DNA of 64,000 nucleotides, from the NCBI RefSeq assembly GCF_018977255.1, contig NW_024704743.1:63552001-63616000 (forward strand). The letters run 5' to 3'. A model generated the notes under the pieces. The model had not been told where the DNA came from and searched no databases. It saw only the letters and a list, made by a program, of their open reading frames with translations. The DNA is from Callorhinchus milii. Lineage: Eukaryota. The first letter of the stretch is position 1, and each line of letters opens with the position of its first letter. The position numbers and the translations under genes are program-made. Positions 37,388-49,640 of the stretch are shown piece by piece.

Positions 37388-37882
37388 AAGAAATCACCGT
37401 TGCCATAACAGTTTTCCTTGAGGAACACCGCACGTGACAATCAAAGTGTATAAGTCGTACAAAATCCGATTTAATCAATGATCTACACTGCGCATGCGTA
37501 ATTCAATGCAGCCAGTAAGTGCACGCGCTGTGATGGATCAAGACTTCATTTTCCGCGATTCAATGCGGTTTGACCCGTCGTCTCATGTGCACTTACCCGC
37601 AAGCATTAGAATTGCATTGAATCACAGGAAGTGAAGTTCTTCTGCGCATGGGTCGACAGATCAAGACTGTGTTTCCCACAATTCAATGCAACCGACTGGT
37701 AAGTGCACATGTGTCGACGGGTCAGGAATGTATCCCGCAATTCAAAACAGCTGATTAGTGCGAGAATAATGTAGGATAGCAGAGTGGCATTATGAGTTAG
37801 GAAGTGATTAATACCAGTAGCACAAAGAAATCTAAGTGTTTTTTTCTAAGAAACTGAATGGGACTCGCATGAATGTATGACT

Positions 37883-38185
37883 TATAATAATCCTTGCATT
37901 TGATATAGCGCTTTTCACGTCTACTAGACGTCTCAAACCGCTTCACAGAATATACTGTAAAGTGAATTGACTGTATATTTGTGGGTGAAACGTGGCAGCC
38001 AATTGCGCACAGCAGTGTCCAATCGTGAACTGAGTGACCAAATTATTATTGTTTTTTTTCTTGAGAGATTATTATCAGGCATGTGGAGTAAGAAAACTTG
38101 CCCAAGGTTTCGCCCTGCTAAGAATCTAACCCACGTCTATCGCTTGTGAAGCAAGTGCTCTAACCACTGAGCTACAGGCCTCCAC
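37883..38185 (-). mobile_element. tRNA-derived SINE (older copy)
   Basis: Reverse complement of same family, more diverged. Confidence 0.9.
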
Positions 38186-38738
38186 TTGGGCGATTATATG
38201 ATTTAGAAAGATAAGACTTTAGTGATTATTTTAGTAGGGTAGAGGTAATTTTAGTGGGGCAGAATTCCAGGCATCAGCAGTGCTGTAGAAATTGAACTAT
38301 TGTAAATCTCATAAGCATACTTGTTTCCAATTCATAATTCAGCTCCTTTTGTGACATTTCATCCTTCTGTTAGCATATCAGGCCAGCAGAAAACAGTTTG
38401 CTGTTCCAGTTACTTCCAGAAGTGTGTCCCAGAAAGGACCATTAAGTTTACCTTATAGGTTTATCTCCAAAAGCAAGGCTAGGGTGGAAGGAAGTACTTG
38501 CACAGGAAGTGAGCTAGTGTATTATAATCCTTACATCTGACATAGTGAGGTTACAAAGTATATTGGTACATTTTACAATGTTATTGTTATTATACATTAG
38601 ATTTCCAGCCGTTTGCCTCTGCAAATTTTGAGCTACATTTTATTCTCTTTAAAAAGACCTGTAAAAGAATTTCATAACCATGTAAAAAGAAATTTGTAAC
38701 ACTGTAAATTGATTAGATCATTTTTTTTGAAGCATTAC

Positions 38739-38859
38739 CTGAAATCCTTCCAGCGTGAAAAAATGTCTATCTCTATATCCTCGGTCTGATTGGGGATAAA
38801 CCTGAATTCTGACACCAGCTCTGGAGAGTGTTCATGAATTTCACAGTCTCCAAGCTCCG
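38739..38859 (-). CDS. EPB41L4B: EPB41L4B coding exon (~exon 7, 121 bp): [41 protein letters not shown]
   Basis: tctttgtag acceptor, gtaatg donor, phase 1/2. Confidence 0.96.
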
Positions 38860-41800
38860 CTACAAAGAAATAAAACAATTTTTTTTAAAAAGGCTCAGAA
38901 ATAAATAATGGCTATGCATCCATTTTCTCTACAAAATGTGATTGAAAAGCAATTGCACTTAAACATGTTGCCGCATTAATACAGAATTTCATGAATCATT
39001 AGAAACCATCTAAATGTAGTTCTTACAACAAACCAATTTGGGAGGTAGAAATAAGCAGGTCATTGCACACACAACTAAAAAATGATTGCTGAAGTTAGTC
39101 CTGCTGTGACTGGCTAGACAGTATGAAGATGCCCGAGTACAAATTCTTACTGATAATTAAAATTTTTAAAAGGCTGCTTATGTGCACTGCAAGCTTCATT
39201 TGAACAGTTTATTGAAGGTCTTTTTTGACCTTCATAATGGTGGCTCAAAGAGCAATTGTAATAATATTACAATACAATTTACATTTATATAGCACTTTTT
39301 AAATCAGGAGGACATCTCAAAGCGCTCAACACTACTGGCTGTGTACCCGAGCACAGGATGGGAGCCGAAGGGAGTGTGCAAGGGAAGAGTAACCAAAAGC
39401 ACGGTCAAAGAGGTATGTCTTCAGACGGGCTTGAACGAGGGGAGGGAACGAATCAGAGACACCCCAGGATGATCTGATAAATCCATTCCTCTATAGATCT
39501 GTCACAAAGCAAGATCCTCTGTCCCATTTTCAAGAAATCTTCCCATTCAATCATGGATCTCATGTTACTGTAACTCGATCCAATAACCTTTTTAACCAGC
39601 TCTGGGAGACTAAGAAGTGGAGCCTGGAAAGGCTCAATTTACCAGTCCTCTTCCATCCTCCTCAGTGGGAAAGTGCTGGTATCACCACCCAAGCACCCAT
39701 AAAATGGAAAACTTTGAATGCCACATTCATTTGAAGCTGTAACTTAGCTCACATTTTTATTTTTATTGGTAGTCAGTTGGATTACCTACTGAAATTTGGT
39801 GGCTCACAAATACTTACTCTAGTCTGGTCAAAAGCTCACAAGATAATTTAAATTTGTTCTTTGCTTTTAGAAATCAGCAAATATTTGCCAGATGTGCTCA
39901 ATTTTTTTCCTTCAGGCGCAATCTTCAGATCACACTTGAAGACCTTCTTCAACCCTGAGTGAGGGGTGCTATATAAATGCAAGTTGTTGTTGTTGTCTCC
40001 AAGGCAACAGGACAAGATGGCTCATATTCAGTTTGGGAAGGTATATCTTTTAGAAAGTACCAACTGCTGGGGCGGGATATTACAGATGATAACAGCCTGG
40101 ATACGAGACTAATTTTTCAAACAAAAAGTGTGTGGCTCAATGGGAATTTGGTCAGATTGGTATTTTGGAAGTATAAGATCAAATAATTTTCTTGGGATTT
40201 TGTGACCTTCCATTTACCAATTGGAAGGTGCTGGCATCACCACCCAAGCACAGATGAAATGAAAAGTTTTGAATGCTATAATTGGAAATAGGAAAAGCTG
40301 GAAATGCACAGCTGGTGGATCAGCGTTTTGGTCATTATACTTCATTAGAATTGAGTTCTGATCACATGTCATGCCCAAAACATTAACTCATCCTTCCATT
40401 CAGATTCAAATTGAGCTCCTGTGAATGTCGAGCACTTATTTCTCTTGACAGTACACTTGGGGCTACCCCATGTGAAGGGCACTATATAAATGCATGTTGT
40501 TGTTGGGACTATTAACTTGAGTCAGGAAATGCAGGCATGAAGTTCCAAATGTTATATTCCATGGAATAAGCATGTTGAAGCACGAGACTCTGCCTGTGGC
40601 CAAAAGATCATTAGTTTTCTATAACCAAAATAAATGTTGGTATTGGACTCCCGCCCCATGCTAGACAGTTCAATTTCTAAACTCACAGAAACCAGAAAAA
40701 TTGGGTTTTTAAAAAAAACTGAAAATATTTGTTTTTTGTGCAGAAGAACCAATAATTCCATTCAAATGTTTGTGAAAGGCAATTTTATACCTGTGTACTG
40801 GTGTTGCTGAAATGCAAGACACATTCAGTTGCCTTGCAGGACACAGAAAACCCATTATTTACACATCTAAACTACACACTTCACAAATATAGTTTGTGTT
40901 CCCCTGAAGTGGAATACTGTAAAATAGCTCTGACAAGCTACAATTCGGCAAGAGGTTTTGGGTAGCAAAAATTGACTTGGTTTATATGCAGGCACTATTT
41001 GTAAACAGATGTGCAAGACTGTACAGCCAGAAAATCTGCATTCAATTACTGCATCTCTTTAGCTGAACCAACTACAAGCATTTCAAACAGATTTAGCCTG
41101 GGGGAAGAGATTGTACTTCAAGCACTTTATCAAGTTATAAAATATTACACTAAGCTTTAATGCCATATTATGAAATTCTTGACAATCAATTACTTTCTCA
41201 GTTTCAGTCTAGACTTAAATAACTATTAAATGCAGCTCGTAAGTCAGACATTATACATTTTAGTGGTTTCATCTGGATTTCAATGTCATTTGTGCACAAC
41301 ATTACTCATTACCATTTGTGCAATGTTGCTGGTACAGATTAGTCTACATAACCAGACGTCACTGCACTTCTCTATATCTCATTGTGTGAAGTGCTTTAAG
41401 ATATTGATATGATAAATCGCGACATCGAATGGAAGTATGGTTACTTAACTGCAGAGGGCATATTAATACACCCACACTGACATTCACCATATTAGTGATC
41501 AGTGAGAGTCTGCAGCTAATCAGTACCCAACAAACATCCACTATGTGATTTTGTACACAAAACGGAAGTTGCGATTGCAGCTACTTTTTTTTGCTTTGAG
41601 CTATGTCTTGGCTGAGAAAAGATTTGAAACTCCAACAAAAAGTCATGAAGCAAGCCTTTTCAGGCCTGAGAGATCAGAATCTGTTTCAAAGCAAATCCTG
41701 CAATAGCATTCACAAACCTCTCTTTTGTAAATGTCTCATTTTGAACATTGATATGAATAATGAACAGAACAGGATTGCACAGACATGCATCAAACACAAG

Positions 41801-44149
41801 GTTTATAAATTTTGTAATGTAGGAATGAGAAACAAAATAGTTCCTAATCCCTAAAATCAGTTACTGTGTCAAGGAAAAAGAATGAGGGATTTTCCTAATA
41901 GAGGGAATGGGTGGCTGTGGAATGCATTGCTGTTTACATGAATGTGTGGTTACAGTGGGTAATGATGCATGCTGCTGAGGGAAGGGGCAGCAAAAATGAA
42001 TGATAACAAGATCCAAAGAAAATTGGAAGAAGACCTTTGGTTTATTTGATCTTATACTTTCAGAAAACCTATCCTACCATCTATCCATAAAGCAAAACAC
42101 TATTTTTGTTTAAAAGAGGAGTCTGGTGGCTGAGCTGTGTCACTCTTCTTAGTAACCCACCCCAGTAGTTGGTCGCCCTTGGTTTAAAGAAATATTTCCA
42201 AAGATTGCTAAAAAAGTGAGCGCACCTGTCAAATATTCTCTGACTTCTAAAAGCAAAGAAAGAGTTCAAATAATCTTGGTTTCCAAGTAGTAAGCTTTTG
42301 ACCAGACTAAATATTTGTGAGCCCCCAAATTACAGGAATCCATCCCAAAAAATCTAAGCTAATTTATAGCTTCAAACAAATGTGGTTTGATACCACATAT
42401 GTATTTACATATTCCTAGAAGTGTTTGACACAGGTAATTTGACTGGAATGCGAAATATTTCCAGCCATTAGTACCTATCTTAAAATTGTTTACCAAAAAT
42501 ATAGAATCATAGAATTACACAGCACAGAAGGAAGCCATTCGGCCCATCATGCTCATGCCTGCTCTTTGAAAGAGCTATCCAAATTAAACCCATTCCCCCG
42601 CGCTCTCCCCATAATCTTGCAAATTTGTGAATTTTATCTGTAAAACTTTTCTAGAGTAATAAGTTTAAAACTCTGTGACTATTCACCCATATTCCAACCA
42701 TCCGATTTTATGTTGATACATTTTGTCCATATTAGTTGAACACGCTGCCAGCCTTGCAAACCTATTAATTTAACCTTTAGCCCACATTGTTCTAAAAGTA
42801 GGATGAAATTAAATTAGATGAAGTGTCTCAAGGGCAGCATGAGACTAGATGTACGTTTTCCATATCAGGTCTTTGCTTATTAGAATTTGCAAAGAACTTC
42901 TATAGAAATGAAGAAACCTGTGAATTAGCACATTGTAAAGACAGGAATAAGGAACTGCAATATACCTTAAATGGCAAGATCATAAATTTAGGGTAAAGGA
43001 ACTCTGGCGTTCCTGATTGGATCCATGAAAGTTATACTTGCTTGGAAAAAAATACAATAGATACATTAAAGATTTGCTGCAAAATTTAAGTTGTATGTTA
43101 AAGGGAATGTGGCAGCAGGGATAGAAAGTTGGCTATAGAAAAAAGGTGTAAAAAAAAGCTTAACTAAAAGGACAGCAAAAATGAGGTGTAAATGGATTGT
43201 TTTGATAGGAAGAAAGGAAGCAATGGTTCTCCCAGAGATCAGCGGGAGCACCACTCCTCTTCTCTCTTCGTTCTTTTTTTATATGGAATTGGGTGTGGAC
43301 AATATTAAAATTTGCCAACACAAAAAGCATGTAAGTTACTGCATAGAGGACCAAGAACCTTCACGGGCATACAAGGCACGCTAATAGATAAGGCAGATAG
43401 ATGGCAGACAAAACTTAATGCAAGAAAAGTATGAAGTGTTACATTTTGAGAAGAAGAATATTGAAAGGAAATATACAACAGCAAGCATTTATATAGCACC
43501 CTTCATGCAGGGTAGTGTCTGCGTGCTTAACAGTGGTGGAGCTTGACACCGACCTAAGGGAAAGAGGTTGGTGACTGTAGGCATGGACAAAGAAGAAAGT
43601 CTTCGGGTGTGATCTGAAAACGGGGAAGCAGGAGGCAAGGCAAGGGGATCACGTGAAGTCGATTACTGCCTTGTAATCCTACCGGTCGGTCAACAGTATA
43701 GTTTTATGAGACACAGATTGTGGAACTTTCCACATTCCATTTAGAGTTATTAATACAGTAATTCCTTTACTTTAAAAACTGGTTCAGCTGGGTTAACTGG
43801 ACATGGTGTTTACAGTCAGAATCATCAAGGAATGTAACCCTGCTGTTTGCAGCTTAGATAAAATACTATGCACTAGATATAGAGAATTATTTCAAATTGT
43901 GTCAAAGTGATTTTGAGAAACAAATTTAAATTTGGATAATGGAGGAATATTTGCCAGAAATAGATCAGTGAGAAAATATTTGTTCCATTTTGGTTCCTAT
44001 AAAAGGTGCAGCAGACACAGATTGCTTGTAAAATAGTCCCTGGTTATTGATGGGAGAGAAAAAGATTTGTGTGAAATGCTTTATAGTCGGAAATTTCCAC
44101 AGCATGAAAATTTCATTCATCATGAATACCCGATTGAAGTTGATAAACA

Positions 44150-45340
44150 TCCTGTGTCGATCACGCCATCCTTCTCCATCACTTCGCCTTCATCATCCAC
44201 CTCAGTGGCTCCCCACTGGCTTGATTCGAGTCCTACCTTACAAACCACCTGGATTACATTTCCGCAAATAGTTTTTCTTCTCGCCCTTGCCTGGTCACTA
44301 ATGGGGTACCCCAGGGCCTTTAGCCTTGGCCCCCGTCTCATCTTCATCTACATGCTCTCTCTCGGTGATGTAATCTGCAGACATGAGGTTAACTTCCACA
44401 TATATGTGGATGACACCCAAATCTACTTTTCCTCCAGCTACGACCCGCAGTCCTCTGGTGTTCTGTCAACTTGTCTGACAGACATCAAGACCTGGATGAG
44501 CGCAAATTTCTTGCAGTTAAATGTCAACAAGATGGGAGCCATACTCTTTGGCTCCCATCGATGTCTTCTGTCCTACGGTTCAGACCTGCTCAACCTACCC
44601 GATCTGTCCTTAAAACTCTCTCAACCTGTGCGCAACTTAGGCCTCAGGTTTGATGCCCAGTTATCCTTCCTCCTCCACATCCAGTCCCTGACCAGGACCA
44701 CTTCCCTCCACGTCCGCCACATTGCCCATCTCCGACAATACCTCACTCCACAAGCTGCTGAAACCTTTGTCCACGTCTTCGTCACCTCTCAGCTGGACCA
44801 CTCAAATGCACTCCTCGCCAGTCTCCCCTCCTCCACTGTTCACAAAATTCAACTCATCCAAACCTCCGCCGCCCACATTCTCACCTGCACTAAACTCCGC
44901 ATCCCGATTACCCCAGACCAAACTTCACTGGCTCTCTGTCACACAGCGGAACGACTTTGAGATCCTCACTGTAGTACTTAAATCCAACCACGCCTTGGCA
45001 CTCCCCTATCTCTCCAACCTCCTCTCTCCTCACAGCAGTACCTGCTATCTCCGCTCTACAGGCTCCGGCCTCCTCCTTGCCCATCGAATCCTCCGCTCCA
45101 TCAGTGGCTGTGCCTTCAGGCACTACGCCCCCAAGCTATGGATCTCCCTCCCTCAATCCCTTCGCCTTGCCCCCTCTTTCCCCATTTTCAAGTCGTGCCT
45201 GAAGACCTTCCTCTTCGACCGTGCCTATGGTCACCTTCCCCCTGCTCCTGGCTCGGCATGGGGCTCCACCATTGTTAAGCTCCCTGGGACGCTACCCGGT
45301 GTGGCGGGCGCTATATTAAATGCAAGTTGTTATTGCTGTT
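44150..45340 (+). mobile_element. L2-clade LINE 3' half (second family)
   Basis: FHIYVDDTQIY, WMSANFLQLNVNK, KLWISLPQSLR; tail gggcgctatattaaatgcaagttgtt. Confidence 0.92.
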
Positions 45341-45519
45341 TTTGAACTGATGCAGCCCTGTATCATGTTAAACAAGACTGATTGTTTTTTGATATAAATC
45401 ATCCTCCTCTGGTGGGAAAGCTGGCCTTATATAACTGGATCAGAGTGGATTAGAGACCCAGGGCACCAGTCAGAGATTACAAAATGCAAATCTCAACAGA
45501 TGAGACTACTTCAACCAAG

Positions 45520-48322
45520 AATTTTGAAGTTTCTGCATGACGTCACGTCCGCCGGCCAGGTTTGAATCACTGGTAGCAGCTACAGCACAGTATAGTATAG
45601 CCTGTACTGGTGTCTCCCTCCCTCCCACCCTCTGTCTGTCTGTCTGTCTGCTCTATCCTTCCCCTGCAGGCTGCTCGTTGCTAACCACAATGAGCGCCAA
45701 CTCCAGCCCCCCCCCCAGCCTCCTGCAGCCTGACAATGTCCTGCTAAACCACCACCTCTTGACCCAGCGTGCGCATCTTGGCTGCCACCCCCGACCCGAG
45801 CTGGCCCTCCCTCAAAATGCCCCCTTCCCTGCAACTCTCCCGCTCTGTCCTGCTCTCTCTCCGCCCTCCCTGCCTCCTATCTCAGCTTGACCTCCCCCCC
45901 ACTGCCTCCCTCTGCTCCAGCCTGGGAATCCTCCGCCGGGCTCATCGTGCACTCGGCACTGGCTGTCCAGCAGCAGCCACGCCGACTGCGCCATTCCCCA
46001 CTACCGCCGCAAGCCACCCTGGACCCTGACCCTAGGGGCTAACCTCTCCTTCCTCATCCGCATCCCCAACCTCCCTCTCAACCATTCCACTACTCCCTCC
46101 CATCCCACTGCCAACTGTCCACTCCGCATTGGACTTCAAAATGTCCGCTCCATCTCCAACAAGACCCTGGCTATCAATGAACTCATCCTCAATGAGAACA
46201 CTGACATCATGGCACTCACAGAAACCTGGATCACCCCAGGTGACACCTTTCCCCTCACTGAGGCCACACCACCCGGCTACACCTACCACCATGCCCCACG
46301 CCACAACCGTCGTGGCGGTGATGTGCCCCTCATATCCATATCCCCCTATCCACCTACTCCACCGGCTCGTTCCCCTCGTTCGAACACCTTACCCTCTGCC
46401 ATCCCTCCCACCTCTCTCTGAAAATTCTCTTACTTCACTGCCCCCCAAAATCCTCCCCCACCTTCATCTCTGACATCTCCACCCTCTTTGCTTCCCTCTG
46501 CCTCTGGTCCGACCGCCTCATCATTCTAGGCGACTTCAACCTCCACTTCACCTCCTCCTGCTCCATCTCCTCAGATTTCTCCTCTCTCAACCTCTCTCTC
46601 CACATCCACTCTGCTAGACGCACCCACAGGCTCCTCCGCCCTCGCAGACACACCTTGCAGATACTTTCCTCTGACTCTCACTGTGAGAAAATGCTGGACT
46701 TCCTTGAGTACAAAATCGAGGGAATCCACTCAGCTGCCACTGCCCTCCCAACTTCCAACCCCTCCCTACCCCAACCCCACACAATTACCTATCCGACAAT
46801 TATCCATCCCTCCTTCCACACATTTGAACCTGTCACCCCCTCCTCTGTCTTCAACACGATAACCTCAATGAAGTCCACCATCTGCTCCCTCGACCCCTTC
46901 CCCACACCTCTCCTTAAATCCCAGCACCACCGCCTTGCCCCACTACTCGCCGACATCATTAACCTCTCCCTGTCATCTGGCACTGTTCCTTCCCCCCTCA
47001 AAACAGACACGATCACCCCACAGCATGGAAACTGCCCGGGTCAAGATCACAAACAACATCCTAACCATGTGTGACCAGGGCTCCCTCTGCCTCCTCGTTC
47101 TCCTGAACCTCTCCACTGCCTTTGACACCGTGGACCTCTCAATTCTCCACCACCGCCTCTCCTCCCACCTTGTCCTTGACTGGTTCAGGTCCTACCTTTC
47201 ACACCGCCTCCACTTCGTTTCAGCTAACGGCTTCTCCTCCATCCCCCATACTGTCTTGTACGGTGTTCCTCAGGGCTCTGTCCTCGGTCCCCTCCTCTTC
47301 ACTCTCTACATGCTCCCCCTTGGTGACGTCATCTGCAGACATGGGGTACATTTCCACATGTATGCGGATGACACCCAACTCTATCTCTCTGCCTCCCCCT
47401 CAACTCCAGGACTACTGGCGTCCTGACCGACTGCCTGCCCGACATCAAGTCCTGGACGAGAGCCAACTTTCTCCAACTCAACGTCAGCAAGACCGAGGTC
47501 CTCTTGATTGGCTCACGCCAGCGCCTCCACACCTCGTGCGCTGGCAGCATCAGCCTCCACGGCTGCACATTCAACCTCACTAAGCAAGTCAGGTATCTGG
47601 GAATCTTGTTTGACCCTGAACTGTCCTTTCTCTCCCACATCCGCGCCAAGACTGGCACTGCCGACCACCACCACCTCCGCAATATTGCCAGACTCCGCCA
47701 CTGCCTCACCCCTCAGGCTACCGAAACCCTCACCCACGCATTCGTCACCTCAAGGCTTGATTACGGGAACTCCCTTCTCATCGGCCTTCCCAACTCTTCC
47801 CTTCACAAGCTGCAGATCACCCAAAACTCTCACGCACCAGGCTCCGTGACCTCATCACTCCCACCCTCGCCCGACTCCACTGGCTCTCCATCCCTCATCG
47901 GATCAAATTCAAGATCCTTGTCTCACTTTCAAGGCCATCCATGGCCTTGCCCCCTCTTACCTCTCTGACCTGTTGACACCCTACCAACTTACCCGCTTCC
48001 TCCATTCATCGGACTCCGGCCTGCTCCATGTCTCCCGCCCGACCCGCCCTACCATGGTGGCCGGGCTTTCAGCCTCTCTGCCCCCACAATCTGGAACTCC
48101 ATCCCATGGTCCCTTTGCCCCGTTTTCTCCCTTGCCTCCTTCAAGGCCGGTCTCAAGATCCTTCTCTTCGACCGTACCTTTGGTCTCTCTCCCACCTCTC
48201 TGCCTTCCCTCACCCCTACACCACCCCTCTCCCATGCTCAGGCTCCGACACCTGACCGTTCAGTGCTTTGGGACGTCCTCCCGACGTGAAAGGCGCTCTA
48301 GAAATGTAAATTTGTTGTTGTT
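45520..48322 (+). mobile_element. L2-clade LINE retaining 5' region, APE endonuclease and RT remnants; frameshifted and internally deleted
   Basis: [52 protein letters not shown]; stem-loop tail and (TTG)n. Confidence 0.95.
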
Positions 48323-48553
48323 TCCTATGTTATTATACCTTGAACAAGGCCACCCGCATTGCACTGCTCCAAACCAATTTAAGTGCCACAGGTAAATAGT
48401 TTCCGATAAATGAATGGGACAAAAAGAGGATTAGGACCACAACAATAACCAGAAAATGAGCTTCAAAGGATTAACAACTTGAGGAGATTTACTGAAAAAC
48501 AGGAGCATGTTAAAATACATTCAGCCTTCGTCTTCAAAGGAGAATACACTTAC

Positions 48554-48606
48554 TTTGTAGGCAAGAAGCAGCCAGTTCCACACCAATGTCATATGGACAT
48601 TTCAGT
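48554..48606 (-). CDS. EPB41L4B: EPB41L4B coding exon (~exon 6, 53 bp): LKCPYDIGVELAASCLQ
   Basis: poly-T gcag acceptor, gtaagt donor, phase 2/1. Confidence 0.96.
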
Positions 48607-48972
48607 CTGCAAAAAAAAAAAAAAAATGGGTTAGAATTGATTCACACTTACTGCAAAATTGTTTTTCTTGAATAAATGAGGCACAAACTGAACTAAGGAT
48701 TTCAAAAACACTGGTACATTTCTACAGTAGCAGCCAGCAGTCACATCAAGATATTCACCATTATTGAGTGGAACTAAATGCAATTCACACTTTTCCACAA
48801 GCATATTTTGCAATAAATACCATAAAAATGACGAGCAAACTAGATCCAGACTGTGAGAAAAAGGAGTTTAAACAGATTATTCTGGCTATGAAGTCCTTCA
48901 CGTTGTTGAAAAATTCTGTATACAGTACAGCAAAAAGCAGTGCTGTATGCAAGACATTGTATACCAACTTAC

Positions 48973-49017
48973 TTGCCAGAAAGAACATCTTGTCTAAGTT
49001 GCAGCACAAAGAGATAC
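48973..49017 (-). CDS. EPB41L4B: EPB41L4B coding exon (~exon 5, 45 bp): YLFVLQLRQDVLSGK
   Basis: ttttgcag acceptor, gtaagt donor, phase 2/2. Confidence 0.96.
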
Positions 49018-49292
49018 CTGCAAAATAATACAGAAATCAATTGAAGCAGACAAGTTACTTTGGTACCACATAAAACAGCTTTCCTTCGTATCTAAAAAGT
49101 CCCACTGAAACTCTTCTGACACTCCTGTGAGAAAAGGCCACTTCCAAAATTCTTTACCAGAACTGTAAGGTGTGGTCAAACAAATATCCTGTGTAAATTC
49201 AATACCACTTCAGTGATTTATGCACTAAGCTTTTAACTAAAAACGTACAGCAATATGCAGTAAACTTAAATTTGTACTTCAGGAGTTCCTAC

Positions 49293-49371
49293 CTTGTAAA
49301 CTCTTCACGAAGATTGTTTGGTTCAGAGGAATAGAATTTTATTCTGAAGTGCAAGCAGTAAGGAGGTCCAA
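49293..49371 (-). CDS. EPB41L4B: EPB41L4B coding exon (~exon 4, 79 bp): IGPPYCLHFRIKFYSSEPNNLREEFTR
   Basis: ttgactag acceptor, gtagga donor, phase 1/2. Confidence 0.96.
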
Positions 49372-49597
49372 CTAGTCAAAACAGATTTATAATGTACATT
49401 ATTTTCACCAATATAAAACATCTAAGAAGCAAGTTTTCAACTATAACACTAAAATACTACTCATCTAAATGATTCATGTGCTGCAATATTTACAGGGTTA
49501 TAAAGTTTTTTTCAAAGAGATCAAAACGATCATAAATGCACAAATTAAAAAGCATCTTTTTTGGATGAATGCTAAAAGATGACCATTATACACTTAC

Positions 49598-49640
49598 TTT
49601 TCATTTGTTTCTTGATAGGCTTTGTATAGTCTAACCAGTG
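49598..49640 (-). CDS. EPB41L4B: EPB41L4B coding exon (~exon 3, 43 bp): HWLDYTKPIKKQMK
   Basis: tttacacag acceptor, gtaagt donor, phase 0/1. Confidence 0.95.

Noticed and set aside
37488..37750. CRISPR-like array interpretation of the short repeats
   Set aside because: Eukaryotic intron, degenerate units without unique spacers, mixed orientation, no cas genes
48973..49371. Assignment of the gene to EPB41L5
   Set aside because: Some FERM residues are EPB41L5-like, but FA region, NPEIHDYQ, IEENGGTPF and DKLMTAL segments match EPB41L4B
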